Shown here in pieces: positions 39,018-51,397 of a stretch of 64,000 nucleotides of DNA (within the stretch, counting starts at the first letter, position 1; each line of letters begins with the position of its first letter). Source of the DNA: Amoebidium appalachense (taxonomy: Eukaryota > Protista > Ichthyosporea); contig CAVNZM010000010.1 of the NCBI GenBank assembly GCA_963693365.1, forward strand, positions 8,185,794 to 8,249,793, given 5' to 3'. Made by a program: the position numbers and the translations under genes. The notes under the pieces are model-generated. The model saw only the letters and a program-made list of their open reading frames with translations, was not told the DNA's origin and did no database searches.

Positions 39018-39481
39018 GACCTAGGTGTGTGGCGTGAATTGCACCTATAGCCAATATTTTGTGCATGAACAGGCGTACGTGTCCGGACGCGGGTGTGCAT
39101 GCCATCCACGCCTTTGTCAATGACGGTATGTACTCACCCATACACATACCCTTGATTTCGTGGTTGCGCATGAGATATTTTACGAGATATTCAGGTCGGC
39201 AGTGGGGCCTTATTACTAAGTTATAGTCCCCTATATGCATAAAAGGGCATGTGCACACACAATGCACCGTGCAACATTTTTGTTTCACGTTCGGCACATT
39301 AGGAGCCATGGTGTTACACAGTGATCGGAATGTGACTTGCAGGTATCCAAATGAACCCCTTTTGTGACCATTAATTAAGCAAGGCAGAAACCTGAAGTTG
39401 TAGATAAGTTGGTGTCCGTCGGCGAGGAGTCTATAACCCCCCCTCCCCCCCCCCCCCCCCCCCAACACAACGCACACACAC

Positions 39482-39526
<45 letters not shown>

Positions 39527-40131
39527 GTAAACACACACGCTCACACACTCACACACGCCACCGTGACGACCGGTACCACCACTAAGTCTTCCAACCCCCC
39601 CAACCCCCCCCACCCCCCTCCAAAAAAAGGGGGGGGGGGGAAACAAAAAGGAAAAAACAAAACAAAAAAACACACAGCAAATACAGCAGGCTCATCAAGG
39701 TGCACACGCCCCTCCAGCCACCAGACTGTGTGTTGTGATTGTGTGCACACTGTGACAGATGAAAAGCATTAAAAAGGATAACCACACGCACATCGTACAC
39801 GTAACAGCACGACAAAATTCCTGCATCCACGCACATTCCAATCCAATAATTATTATACCTGTGCCTGCCCCCTTGCTGTTGGGCGTGCATATCTATTTTC
39901 TGCCATTGGTGGTGTCCTTGCCACAAATACAAGCGAGGGAACGCACGAAATGTGCGGGCATATGACATAAAGCCAGAAACCTTAAGTAGGTCACGCCATT
40001 GTACATCAATTAGGGCTCGGTTCAGGATTAAGGCCCCCTCCCCCTTTCCCCCCCCCCCCCCCCCCCCCCTTTTTTTTTTTTTTTGGTGTACATGTGGGTG
40101 TGGGTGGTGTGTCGAGAGAGAAGAGAGGGAA

Positions 40132-40167
<36 letters not shown>

Positions 40168-40864
40168 GCCACAGGACATGGCATGCACACCGGTCAAAGA
40201 TATAAATGGATAAATATACGTGCATAGTACACATCCATGTGCTGTGTGCGAATGGTTGTGTGTGTAGTGCAACACACTGGGCATCAAATGTGGGAAAGGA
40301 AGACAAAAACGAGTGAGCCCATGAACATATGAGTGTTTGTACTGTTCAGTTGGCAGCTGTCAAAACCGCCTTCTCAGTACAGGGGCATGCCCTGAGGGTG
40401 ACTAGTCACTAACGCTAAAGAAGGCATTTTTGCCGTAAATAAGGCAACATATCCATTCACATACTTTCGTGACATTATCAATTACGTTCGAGTTCTTGGT
40501 GTGGGAGATTCACAATCACTCGCACATTACACAAATTTTTTCAATAAATCAGGTTGAACGTAATCTACTAGAAGTACATACTATACAGTGTGTCGAGTCC
40601 GTCAACCTAAAGTATGCGGTACCAAACACGCCTTTCGTTGCACATTTGTATATGTGGTGCCAACAGTGGCAACGCTTTTAAAATGAATAAATAAATAAAT
40701 AAAAGGGGGAAAAGAGAAGAAGGAAAAAGAAAAAAGAAAAAAAAATCCCATGATCCCCCTTTCCCCCTTGGGAAGGGGGGGGGGGAATAAAAAGGAAAAA
40801 AAAAGAAAAAAGGAAAGAAGGAAGGAAAGAAAGAAAAGTGGAAACAAGTACGCCGCTAAACTCA

Positions 40865-42610
40865 CTATACGGGTGGCGAGGACACCTCGAGTGCACTAAC
40901 GGGAAGCCGCTGTTGGCCCACCTTGCAGTGGTCCCGCGGCCTACCCAATAGGAGGGCAGCTTTGACAGGGGCCGTGGCGGGGACAACAGTCGAATAACCC
41001 CCCAGTAGCTGTGCGGCCTTATTTGGGGTGGTGGCCGGCAGCTGTGTGGGGTAGCAGCCAAGCAGCTGGGCGGCCTTGGCAGCCACATGGGATGGCATAG
41101 AGTCGTTGAGCTCCAGCCTGTCCACACTGTAGCCGTCCGGGTCCACTTCCAGCCGAGGCACCGTCAACGGGCAGAGCTGCGGTGCCCCGAGGCTGGACAG
41201 ACTCCGTGTGCGGCGCAGAAAACCCAACCCCCCAGGGTTGCGCCTTTTCTCTGGTGGGGTCATGGCGTGGATAGTGGAAAATACTAGCCGGCCCTCCCTG
41301 CCCGGCAAGGGTAGGCTGCCGTCGCTCTCGGCCAGCACAGACGGTCTTCTGCGGGGCCGCAGCACTGAAGCCACTGGTGTCTCCGGTGGGGGTGCAGGGG
41401 GGGTGGTGGGCAGGCTGGCCGTGCGCTTCTTGTGGGGCAGCATGCCCAGGAACCAGCCGGCACCGCCGCCTATGGACCTCCGCCTGGTGCCCGGCCCCTT
41501 GGTGTCTAGCACGGGGGGGTTGTTTGAGTCGCTGTTGCTGCCGCTCTCGTCCGACGGCTCAGTGGCAGGCAGGGCTGGCCGGTCCCTCCCGAATATGCGC
41601 CGGCGGCGCTTGCTGCTATCCATGTCTGCGTCCAGCTCGCAGGGCCGTGGGCCGTCCTCCTTGGGCGCCAGCAGGCTGTCCCCCGGTGCCAGGGTGGCCA
41701 GCAGGCCCACTGGGGCCATGGGCACACTCATAGACCGCACCTTGCCCGGGCCGGCCAATATGGGCCGGGTGCTGACCGTCTGCTCGGTGCCACGGGCCAT
41801 CAGCAGTGCCGCCGCCTTTTCGGGCACGGCACGGGGCAGTTCGGCCGGGAACGAGCCCAGCAGGGTGGCGGCCTTGGACGTGGCCGAGTTGGGCAGGGGC
41901 TGCCGCTCATACGCCCCCAGCCCTCGGCCCGACCCCACGCTGCCCGCACACACCACCCCAGACAAGTATAGCTCGCGGGCACAGCTGGCATGCACGTACA
42001 TGTGGCACTCGCTGCACTGGTGGCCGCGGCTGATAATGACCTCCTGGCAGCGCGCGCAGTTTGCCGCAATGGACGACAGGGACTCGGGCCGGAATATGTG
42101 TGTCTGTGCCTGCCCACTGTCCCCCCCTGGCTCCGGTGATGAGCTCCGGCCGGAGATGTATCGTCTGTCCAAAGCATCAATGCTCTGCGACCTTTTCCTG
42201 AAACTCTCCGCCTGGCGCCGTTTGTAGGATGTATAGCGCGGCACACAGTCCATAAGCATCATACGAAAAGCCTGGAACTGTGCCGAATCGAACGTGTTGT
42301 ATCCTGCCTCCGTCTGCAAGCTAACCTCGCGTAAGACAGTGCTACGGGTAAACTCATCTAAGTTAACCTCTAGGCTGCAACCGGATGCTACAAAGGTTTC
42401 CGCTATATCGTTTGCTAATGCAAGAAGAGTCTCCTGTGTGTGTATCAATGAATCGTGTAGTAGCTTGTAGTCTTCCACGGCCCAATAGAACAGTATGTTT
42501 TCGTGGCACACCTGGCTCTTCATAAACTGAAGGAGCTCCAGGCACTCTGTGGACGACCGCTGCCGCAGTAGCTGCAGCAGCTCGCTCGCTGTGAGCGAAG
42601 AGCTGGCCAT
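40865..42610 (-). CDS. Intronless RGS-domain plus C1-domain protein with a 19-aa KAAxLLG repeat (581 aa)
   Basis: RGS: FMKSQVCHENILFYWAVEDYK...IAETFV...SLEVNLD...FDSAQ...LMDCVPRY. C1: HIF...CARCQEVI...GHQCSECHMYVHASC...VVC. One continuous ORF. Confidence 0.88.
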   Translation of the reverse strand: MASSSLTASELLQLLRQRSSTECLELLQFMKSQVCHENILFYWAVEDYKLLHDSLIHTQETLLALANDIAETFVASGCSLEVNLDEFTRSTVLREVSLQTEAGYNTFDSAQFQAFRMMLMDCVPRYTSYKRRQAESFRKRSQSIDALDRRYISGRSSSPEPGGDSGQAQTHIFRPESLSSIAANCARCQEVIISRGHQCSECHMYVHASCARELYLSGVVCAGSVGSGRGLGAYERQPLPNSATSKAATLLGSFPAELPRAVPEKAAALLMARGTEQTVSTRPILAGPGKVRSMSVPMAPVGLLATLAPGDSLLAPKEDGPRPCELDADMDSSKRRRRIFGRDRPALPATEPSDESGSNSDSNNPPVLDTKGPGTRRRSIGGGAGWFLGMLPHKKRTASLPTTPPAPPPETPVASVLRPRRRPSVLAESDGSLPLPGREGRLVFSTIHAMTPPEKRRNPGGLGFLRRTRSLSSLGAPQLCPLTVPRLEVDPDGYSVDRLELNDSMPSHVAAKAAQLLGCYPTQLPATTPNKAAQLLGGYSTVVPATAPVKAALLLGRPRDHCKVGQQRLPVSALEVSSPPV

Positions 42611-44884
42611 TCTCTACATTACCTTTGCTCTCGGAATACTATGTGAAACCGCCCACTGCCAGTACTGTTTGTGCTACAAAATTCAGAAACCCAAAATTCG
42701 CAAAACAGCCCGGTGCCTCTGTGCTACCCGAACACCTCCACACTAGAAACCCCTAAAGCCAGCCTATGTGGGCCTGGCCTTCCCTGGTAAGACCGAACGC
42801 TGGCAGTTCGGTGCTTCAGTATAGCTCTTGCTTCGCGTGTATATGGCCCCATAAGGCTTTGTTGAGATGCCCAGGTGTGCAATAAAAAAAAGTGCGTGCC
42901 TGCGGGACACAGAGACAATCAAAAAACGTACATAGCGATGTGTGCATTCAGTGCCGTCACAGCGAAAACGACCGTGTTGCTGGAATTTATCGTATTCCCT
43001 GGAATGTGGCATCTGATTGGCCATCTGAATAAGCTGTGGGTTTCTTTGGAGATCTATGGGGGGCAGCGTTGAAATCGGAATTCAACGCTTGCAATTGCTA
43101 AACCGTCGACGTTGTCTACATATGCGTCTATACCTGCAAAGAGATTAAAAAAAAAGTTAAATATGTACATATAATAATTAGAAAATCAACATTAGGTCTC
43201 TAAATAGCATCTTGACCGATTTATAGCCACTTAAACTGTTTCTTCTAGCACGGGTTTCTAAACCAATGTGGGGGTTTTGAAAATGTAAAATTTTATACCA
43301 ACAGTGGATTAAACAAGTCTGTGACCTTCATCCAATAGACTGCATCCAGACGAACAAGTGCAACTGTATTATTAACGTGGTATAGCGACTGCAGTTAATG
43401 TAAGTTTATTTATAATGTTGTAGAAAATGTTGAACATATAATTCTTCCAAAATGTATTCCAAATTTATACTCTAGAGAATTTATATGGTTACTGAAAGCT
43501 GCATGAAATGCTTTCAGTTGATGTGACCAGCTGTGCACCCGGCCATCCGATCGGTCACCGGCCTTTCGAGCACCACTTCCCATTCAATAATCAAAAGGTA
43601 TGTGACTCACAGTATTGCCAAACCCGCACCGACCCTCGATTTGTTGAATTCCGCATATCTATCCCCGTTACATGCCCATCTTGCCGTTCCGTGCTGTGAT
43701 ATTTCTAGGTCCTTCGCACATATCACAGTTCAAAACCACTATGGCATGACAAGCAGTGGACAAAAAGTGTTATACTGATGTAGAAATACAGTGATACAAT
43801 AGAAATTAAAATATTATATTGTATTAATGCATCAAGGTTTAGTGTGACTGTGACTATATGCATGGTGATATTCATATGAACTGGGCCACGCACTGGTCCT
43901 TTTAGGCCGGTTATGTCCAATATTCGGAGTCTAAGATATACACGAGATAACTTTACAGAATTTGCGCCGGATCCGGTTCCGGAACACTCGCCCCAGTGCA
44001 ATGTAGGCTGCGAATGTGGAAAAAAGGTGGGGGAAAGAAGAAGAAGAAAAAAGAGCCATAGCTTCTTTCCATCTTTAATAATTATAATATATATAGCTAA
44101 GGCTCGATTTCTCTCTTACCAACGCGGATTCATGGACAGTGAAAGTTCGAGTGGCTAGCGGTGCTGTTTGCGGCGCCATGCACCGTCATGTGCATGCATC
44201 TCAATGTATTTGGTATTTGATTAGGATCTTGTGACGTCAAACAAGCAGAAGCAGGCTGCCGCCAGCGCCCAGCAGGTGGCAGGGGCCGCTGCCAGCCTGC
44301 TCTTATTTTTTCAGTTTTTGCCTTTCTATTTATTTTCAGCGCTGCGCGAACTGCCAGCCCGCGAGGTGCCTGCGGCTGCCACGTGTGACTCGTGACTGCA
44401 TGTAAATGCACGATCCCAGCCTTCGCAGTCGGACTCAGTCACTCCTCTTCAGATGACTCCGGTTCATCATGACAACTGTTGAAGGGATCTGGCCTATGTA
44501 CGGCGAATACTGATTCTGTACGGCCGCGGCCGAGCTCGAGACTGTCTGTATATATGCATCTGGTACCACATTCTTCGAATTCTGGTGTTACGCAATTTTG
44601 AATGTACGAGTTGCCTCGCGATCGACTGATCGAGTTGCCAGTCGGGCTGCAGCCTGCAGCCCCCCAAGGCTGCCAGCCACGTGCATGCCCGTCAGAGCTG
44701 CTTCGATGTCCTGGGAAGGCCTCCTATGTACTCCATCATGGCCAAGTTGCGTCCCGGCCTGGCCGGCCGACGTCTGCAAACCGTCACGTGCACAGTGGCA
44801 CGGTGACTCACTGGAGTCCGGAGTCACTGTCGATATCGATATCGATATCGCTCATATACATGATTATCGAAAGATCAAAGTTGT

Positions 44885-44949
44885 ATACATGACGCACGTA
44901 CGCACGGCCCTCTGAAAAAAAGAGGGCCGTGCGTACGTGCGTCATGTAT
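44885..44949. other. Perfect 29-bp inverted repeat with a 7-nt loop
   Basis: ATACATGACGCACGTACGCACGGCCCTCT-gaaaaaa-AGAGGGCCGTGCGTACGTGCGTCATGTAT. Confidence 0.92.
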
Positions 44950-45058
44950 TTCAGAGGGCCGTGACGTACGGCTCTCTCCCAATGCCTTCTAAATAGCTTG
45001 CTCCTTTGCTCTCCGAATATGCCATGGCCACTCTGGTATATCCTCCCTTTCCCGCGGT

Positions 45059-45098
<40 letters not shown>

Positions 45099-45208
45099 CT
45101 GGGATAGTGACTAATTAGGCCTAATATAGGATAGCTATAGGTTTGACTAATTTTTATTATAGGTTCATGATGTGTACGACTCCGGATCCGAGCCGAATTC
45201 GAAGCAAT

Positions 45209-45239
<31 letters not shown>

Positions 45240-46256
45240 TTGGCACGATCGACGTATTTCGGTCGTCATGATCAGGTGCACGCCAGATTTTTCCTTACTA
45301 GACCTGCACTCATGCATGCTCACCCAACCTGGTCAGTGGCCACGTGGGGCTGGCCGTACGCGTGCTCGTCCCGACTGCAGCAGTACTAATTTTATAAGTT
45401 AGTCGAGCACGGTCCGCAGACTGAGGTCCGCAGCGGACTGGGAGTCTGGGATCATCAATGTTGCACTTAGCCGCAGCGGACTGCTCGAGTGATGGCATTG
45501 TTACTATTGGATACAAATCATGGTATTATTTTGGCTCAATGGTAATGCTGCTGCGGATTGGTCAAGATCGCACCCTCTGCATCACACGATCTGGTGCGCG
45601 CACCCAGAGGAAAAGGCTTTGACTTTGACTGCCTTTTGTTCAACACCCACTTGCGGAATATAGCCTACACACAGGCACCGTCGGAACGTACACAGGGGTT
45701 TCTATGTCCTTTCTTAGGTGGCTAGGATTTTCCAACATGTTTCTTCTTAAAGCTTTGTTTCAAGCTGCGTTTTTATGTTTGTCAGTCTGATCAGTCTGAT
45801 GGCTAGCTAGCAGACATTTATCCCTATTATGGTAGCTACGTAGCATTTTAAACTGGCCAAACCTGAGCTTGCACCGAGGATCTTAGTTGAAAGTCTTTTA
45901 TTTCAGGATTACAAAGATCCAAAAAGGACTACGTATTCGTTCGTTATCTGGTAGCGTAGCGTAAATATCTATAGCCACACAGTAACTACAGTATATATTG
46001 GTTATCACAGCTGCACAGCACCCTGTGACGCTGTGCACGCCGGAACAGCTAACTACATGTACAGCACGACGCTGCATATGAGCTTCACCTGGATTATCCC
46101 CTCAGGCTGCTCTGGTTAAAACAATGCTAGCTCAAATTCAACTGCTGAACCTGTCTACGTAATATGAAACAGACAAACTGTTCATTCCTAATACGGCAAT
46201 AGCGGTGTCGACCCCTAGGGTATACGTAATCTATAGAGTATCATATTATTAAGAAA

Positions 46257-47333
46257 ATGACGGTGACCTTTATGCCCCAGCTACTCTGCGGAAAGCCCAA
46301 TAGACCACTGGGTTCCTTTCCCCCTCGGCGCATCAAGAAAGAGCCATGCAAGCTGGACACAATTTTTGAAAATGAACCCGTTTTCTGCTTTTCCGGACAT
46401 GCAGAGCGCACTCGTCGCCAAACAGCCATGCGGCTTGCACGGGTGTACCTTTTCAACAAACGGAACCAAGTGCATGAGCGCATGGCACAGCGCATGGGCT
46501 TCACACTTCCAATGGCCCAGGCCGCAATTCTGGCAGCCCGTGGGCAACATAACATGAGCTGCAAACCCACCTTCCCAATCAAGACATGTTTCAAGGAAGG
46601 ACCCCCAGGAGGCATAGTTGTTGATGTGTCGGCCTTGTGCACAAAGGCAGGGAGCAAGAGCTCAGCAACCAGCATACCCCCCATACCCCCACCACGAGCG
46701 AACAAGCCCAAGCAGAAGCAGCTTCCCATTTCTACCATCCCACCCCTACAGCCACCTAAAAATAATCGAAAGGTTGACCCTGTGTCCATACCGACACCTA
46801 TTTTTAAAGCTACCCTGCCCGGAAATTCAATTGCAAAGGTAGAAAACGAGCAAGCTAAAGTTGACGACGCGCGGAGCTCATATGTCGATGAGGTTTTTGG
46901 GTTGACCACTAGCGATGTAACCGACGAGCTACTCAGCTCAAGACAAATTTCAAGTCGGAGGGATCGGGAGGATACCACCACACCGGAAAATGCACACGAA
47001 AATGTAGCCTTCCTCACAGCGGCAGTACAAGCAAACGAGGTATTAGGTGCTGAGCGTAAACTGGCAAGTGTGGCCGTAAAAACAGCGCCAAAATGGCAGG
47101 CAGGCATGGATGGGTGCAACAGCATTAATGTGGACCAGGGAGAATTCGAGGTGGGTGCTGATACCGCGTTCCCAGCCCATCTGTGTATGGGCGGTACCAT
47201 GAATGCACCCACACACACGCTTCAGTTTCTAGTTTCCACAATCATGGCGTGTTTTGGAGCGGGTGAGCTCTCGAAGGGGATTTACTCGCCGCCCCCAGCA
47301 GCAGCTGTTTACGTATCCCACGACTTTATCTAA
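46257..47333 (+). CDS. Hypothetical intronless protein (358 aa)
   Basis: 1077-nt ATG-initiated ORF (aaaATG context) in non-repetitive sequence, with a basic N-terminus, Pro/Lys-rich middle and acidic C-terminal half. No family recognised. Confidence 0.55.
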   Translation: MTVTFMPQLLCGKPNRPLGSFPPRRIKKEPCKLDTIFENEPVFCFSGHAERTRRQTAMRLARVYLFNKRNQVHERMAQRMGFTLPMAQAAILAARGQHNMSCKPTFPIKTCFKEGPPGGIVVDVSALCTKAGSKSSATSIPPIPPPRANKPKQKQLPISTIPPLQPPKNNRKVDPVSIPTPIFKATLPGNSIAKVENEQAKVDDARSSYVDEVFGLTTSDVTDELLSSRQISSRRDREDTTTPENAHENVAFLTAAVQANEVLGAERKLASVAVKTAPKWQAGMDGCNSINVDQGEFEVGADTAFPAHLCMGGTMNAPTHTLQFLVSTIMACFGAGELSKGIYSPPPAAAVYVSHDFI

Positions 47334-48047
47334 TCATATAGTGTTGGGTTATCTGATTTGGAATTTGGAACTTTTGCTGAATTCTGACTCGAGTGAGAAC
47401 AGGGCCTTTGCACGAAGTATCGATGTTCTACTAGTATGTAGCTTAAAAAACTTTTCTGGATGATGTGCCTGGTATACAAGTTATTACGGTAGTTCCATTT
47501 GCACAGCCAATTGCAAGTATCGGGCAACAGATTTTCTTTGTCGGTTTTACGAGATGCCCAATGCTATAAAGAGACATTTTGAAAAGTTTGTGCGGCATCT
47601 CAAATCTTGTGCCATATGGTTTAACGTAAAAATTGCAGAATAAGTACACATGGTGTGTTACTGCGAATGTGATTCAATTCTTATAACCTATAACTAGTTC
47701 GAAGTTCCGTATTGATGGGTGAATACTAGACACGTGCACCAGCCTGGTGGCAAGCAGGATGGAGGAGACTTTTGAAATAAATGTTCTAGACCTATGGGCA
47801 AGCCTTACAATCTTGCTTAGGTATTCATACAAGAATGCACTGAACGAAAAGGTCTAACTTACAACATGATAAATGTAGCACGGTAGCATTTATTCACCCC
47901 GGCCTCTAACTGTTACACTAGGGTAATGTAGTAGATGCTGACACATAGGCAGGCCCCTGCTCATAACACGGGGTGGAGGGTCGAGGCCGCAAGGGGGGAA
48001 GAGGGGGTGTATTGGGAGGGAGGGAGAGGGCCTGGGGGGAGGGGGAA

Positions 48048-48121
<74 letters not shown>

Positions 48122-49288
48122 GGCCTAGGGAGCAACACCAGTGGCTTTTTTTTTTAAAAAAAAAAAAGAAAAAAAAAAAAAACATGGGCAAGAGGGAAGG
48201 GGGAAGGGGTGGATTAGAGGTGAGGATGAAAAGACATCTGCAAGGTCACTGTGCATGGTACCAGTGGTGTAGCGGCAAGTTTGCGTTTGGTTTTGCTGCT
48301 TAAATATGGGGGTGTGTGCAAGGTGCAAGGAGGGCCCCGGCGGCTTGGGAAAGGGAGTAAAAGGGGGAACCATTGCCATTTTTGCTTTCTCACCCCTTCC
48401 AGCCCCCTCCCCCCCCCCCCCCCCCCCCAGGGCCTCCTCCTCCTCCTCCCCTTCCAAGCAAACAGAGACACAACCCCCCGAACAACCACCAAAAGATCAC
48501 ATTCTAAGGCCAGCCCACTAAAACAACTCCATTATTAGACCGACGTTTCTTGGTGTTGCAGTATCACAACATATTAGGAATTTTCTATCATAGATCGGAT
48601 GCAAAAAAAGGGGGGGGGGGGGGGTTAGCCAAAACTCTTGCCTCCTCCCCTCCCCCCCCCCCCCCCCCCCCCCTTCCCCCTCTCACCCCCCCCCCTCTCG
48701 CGGGGAGCACATGGCCCCTCATGTTCCCGGAAGGGAGGGGAGTCGTGTGGGTGGGTTCTTACCACCCCACATGCACTTGTCATTCTCGGTCGACAACGTG
48801 CCCCCCCCCCCCCCCCCCCCCCCCCTCCCCCCCCCCCCCCCTCTCTCTCTCTCTCTCCTCCTCCTCCTCCCGGCGCACTTTCGACTGCAACACACCTTAG
48901 GTATACCGTACAGCAGATCATACTTCCAGTTGGTGTGTTGTGTGCAAAACAGGAAGACTTGTGCTTTTAATGTGTAGCTTTTTTACTACAGCCACCTGTG
49001 GCTAAGGTGCCGTATCGAGCTTTCAGCATACTGGTCTGCCGGTGATGTGGCTGTACACTCTCTCAGTCATACTCGTTAGCTCGCCATGTAAGTGCACATA
49101 CGGAGTTTGCCCTAAAACTACATGAAAACGTCGCTAAATAAACCCTTCTATTCTAGAAAGGAGTGCGCAAAAGCCAGAGTTTCGTTGGGTGTGAGGGAGG
49201 TCGGAAAACAGACACAAGGCATAAGAACAGAAAACAAACAATCAATCAATGTACAACGCCCTACACACATACGCAGCACACGTGCAAA

Positions 49289-50575
49289 TTACTCAGGCAC
49301 CAGCTTGCCCACATAGGTGTACTCCTTGTGGCTGTCATAAAAGCCCACCCACTCGTCCAAAGACTTGATCTGTTCCTCCGTCAGCCCCTCCAGATTTCCG
49401 TTCAGGTCGTTCTTGAAATCACCAGTGGCAAAAGCCCTGTTTTTCAATTCCCGTACGAAGAGAGGGAGAATGGGAGGGTGGAATGGGGGAAATGTGTGTG
49501 GGTTTGCGTGCGTGTGTGTGTGTGTATGGGGGGGAGGGGGTTGTGGGGGAGCGTGTGTGTGTGTGTGTGTAGGCAAGGAGGGGGAGGAGGGTTTGCACAG
49601 AAGGGGGGGGGAGCGGCGGGTTTGAAGCGAACAAAGGGGCTAGTGTATGTAAGTGAGAACGCCTTCGGAGGAGAGGGAGGCATGGTGATGGTGCGAGTGG
49701 AGGTGGTAGAGGGCGGTGGGTGTGTGTGTGTGTGTGTGTATGGGTGTGTTGAGTGCCCCGGAGGGGGGTGGGGTGGGTGGTGGTGGGGGGTGGGTCAGTT
49801 TAATACCCAGCCAATCCGAACCCCTTTACGTCCATTTCCCTGCATCCTCCATCCCAGCTTCTCACAACTGCACCCCTTTCCTTCCTTTCCCCCCCCCCCC
49901 CCCCCCCTCCCCCCACACACCCAAAAACAAAAAAAAACAAAAAAAAACAAACACATCTGCTCTCTAAAACATTCAGAGGCTCCCCCCCCCCCCCCCCCCT
50001 CGCATCCCCCCCAAACAACACACACACACACACACACACACACATCTCCATTCCCTCGCAAGGTGGTCAAAGATAAACAGGTGAAACAGACGAAAAGAAA
50101 AGCCATCAACCAAATCACCAGACCTTGTATCCCCACTCTCTACTCTCCATATAGACGTCTCCCAACCACACACAACTGCATTCCGCATGGGCTCTTTTCC
50201 TGCTAACCCCACAACCAACAAGCACACACCATTTCTCAGAATGTTCAAACAACAGGTGATATCTCAAGAGGTCCCTTCGGGAACAAAACGGGATAAAATA
50301 AAAAATGCGATATCTCTGTAACGATCAAACCCTGGCATCACGTCTTACCTCGTGGCATCTTTGCCCGTAAAGTGGTGGTAAGCCCCTCCCTTGCCGTAAT
50401 GCTTCTTGCCCTTGCTCTGTGTATGCAAACATGCTCGATCAGCACATATCCGCATGCATCAAACCAGTATATGTAACTCAGGTGTAGTGGCCAAATGCCA
50501 AACAGGAATTGTCGATGGCTCACAAGTGTGCAGGGAGAAGTTGGTGGTGGTGGTGGTGGTTTTTTTTTGTGTTTT

Positions 50576-50606
<31 letters not shown>

Positions 50607-51359
50607 GGGAGAGAGAGGGGCAGAGAAAGTGTCGACAGGAGCTAAGAGGCGAGGGGGTGGGGGTGGGGGTGGGGGTGGGGGGGGGACAAAGGGAGAGAGA
50701 GAAAGGGGGGGGGGGGGGGGGGGTTGAATGCGGAACACAGTACGAAGTACGCATACACGATGAAAAGCATGGTGCAGGAAAATGCAAAGGCAAACATTCA
50801 AGTATGCAACATCAGCCATGCGCACAGTATGCGTCATAAGCAGAGCCCATCCTCAGGGAGGGCCCAAGTCATCAATTGAGTGTGAGTTTCGACCCCTTAG
50901 CCCGCGATAACGACGCTCCAACTCAGACAGCAGCATCAGCTGAACTTGGGTGGGCCAACCCGTCTTGATCAAAGGCGAGCAGGGTTGCTTATGCAAGCAA
51001 GGTGAGCAAAACGGTGAAGATGTGTGTGAAACTATTGCAGTGCAGCGACAAACGCGTATGTGCTTACAGATGCACGACACAGAGCAACCATGCCCGGTTG
51101 CATGGAAGTAAAGATGTCTGGGGGGGGAGGGGGAGAGACAGAGAGATAGAAAGAGTGATTGAGAAGGGGAGGGGGGGGGGGGGGGGGGGAGGGGGGGAGG
51201 AGAGAGGGAGAGAGAATAAAGAGAGGGAGAGAGAAATCAGAGAGGGAGGTTAAAGAGAAGGCGTGAGAGGGTATGAGGGGTGTGAATGAGTGAGTGAGTG
51301 CATGCATGAGTGAGTGTGTGATTGTGAATGTGTGATTGTGAATGTGTGAGTGTGTGAGT

Positions 51360-51397
<38 letters not shown>

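Noticed and set aside
41208-42227. 339-aa plus-strand ORF
   Set aside because: Antisense shadow of the GC-rich RGS-C1 gene with no recognisable motifs.
46241-47218. 325-aa minus-strand ORF
   Set aside because: It overlaps the longer ATG-initiated plus-strand ORF and begins at a non-ATG codon, so it is probably a shadow. Strand cannot be proven without RNA data.
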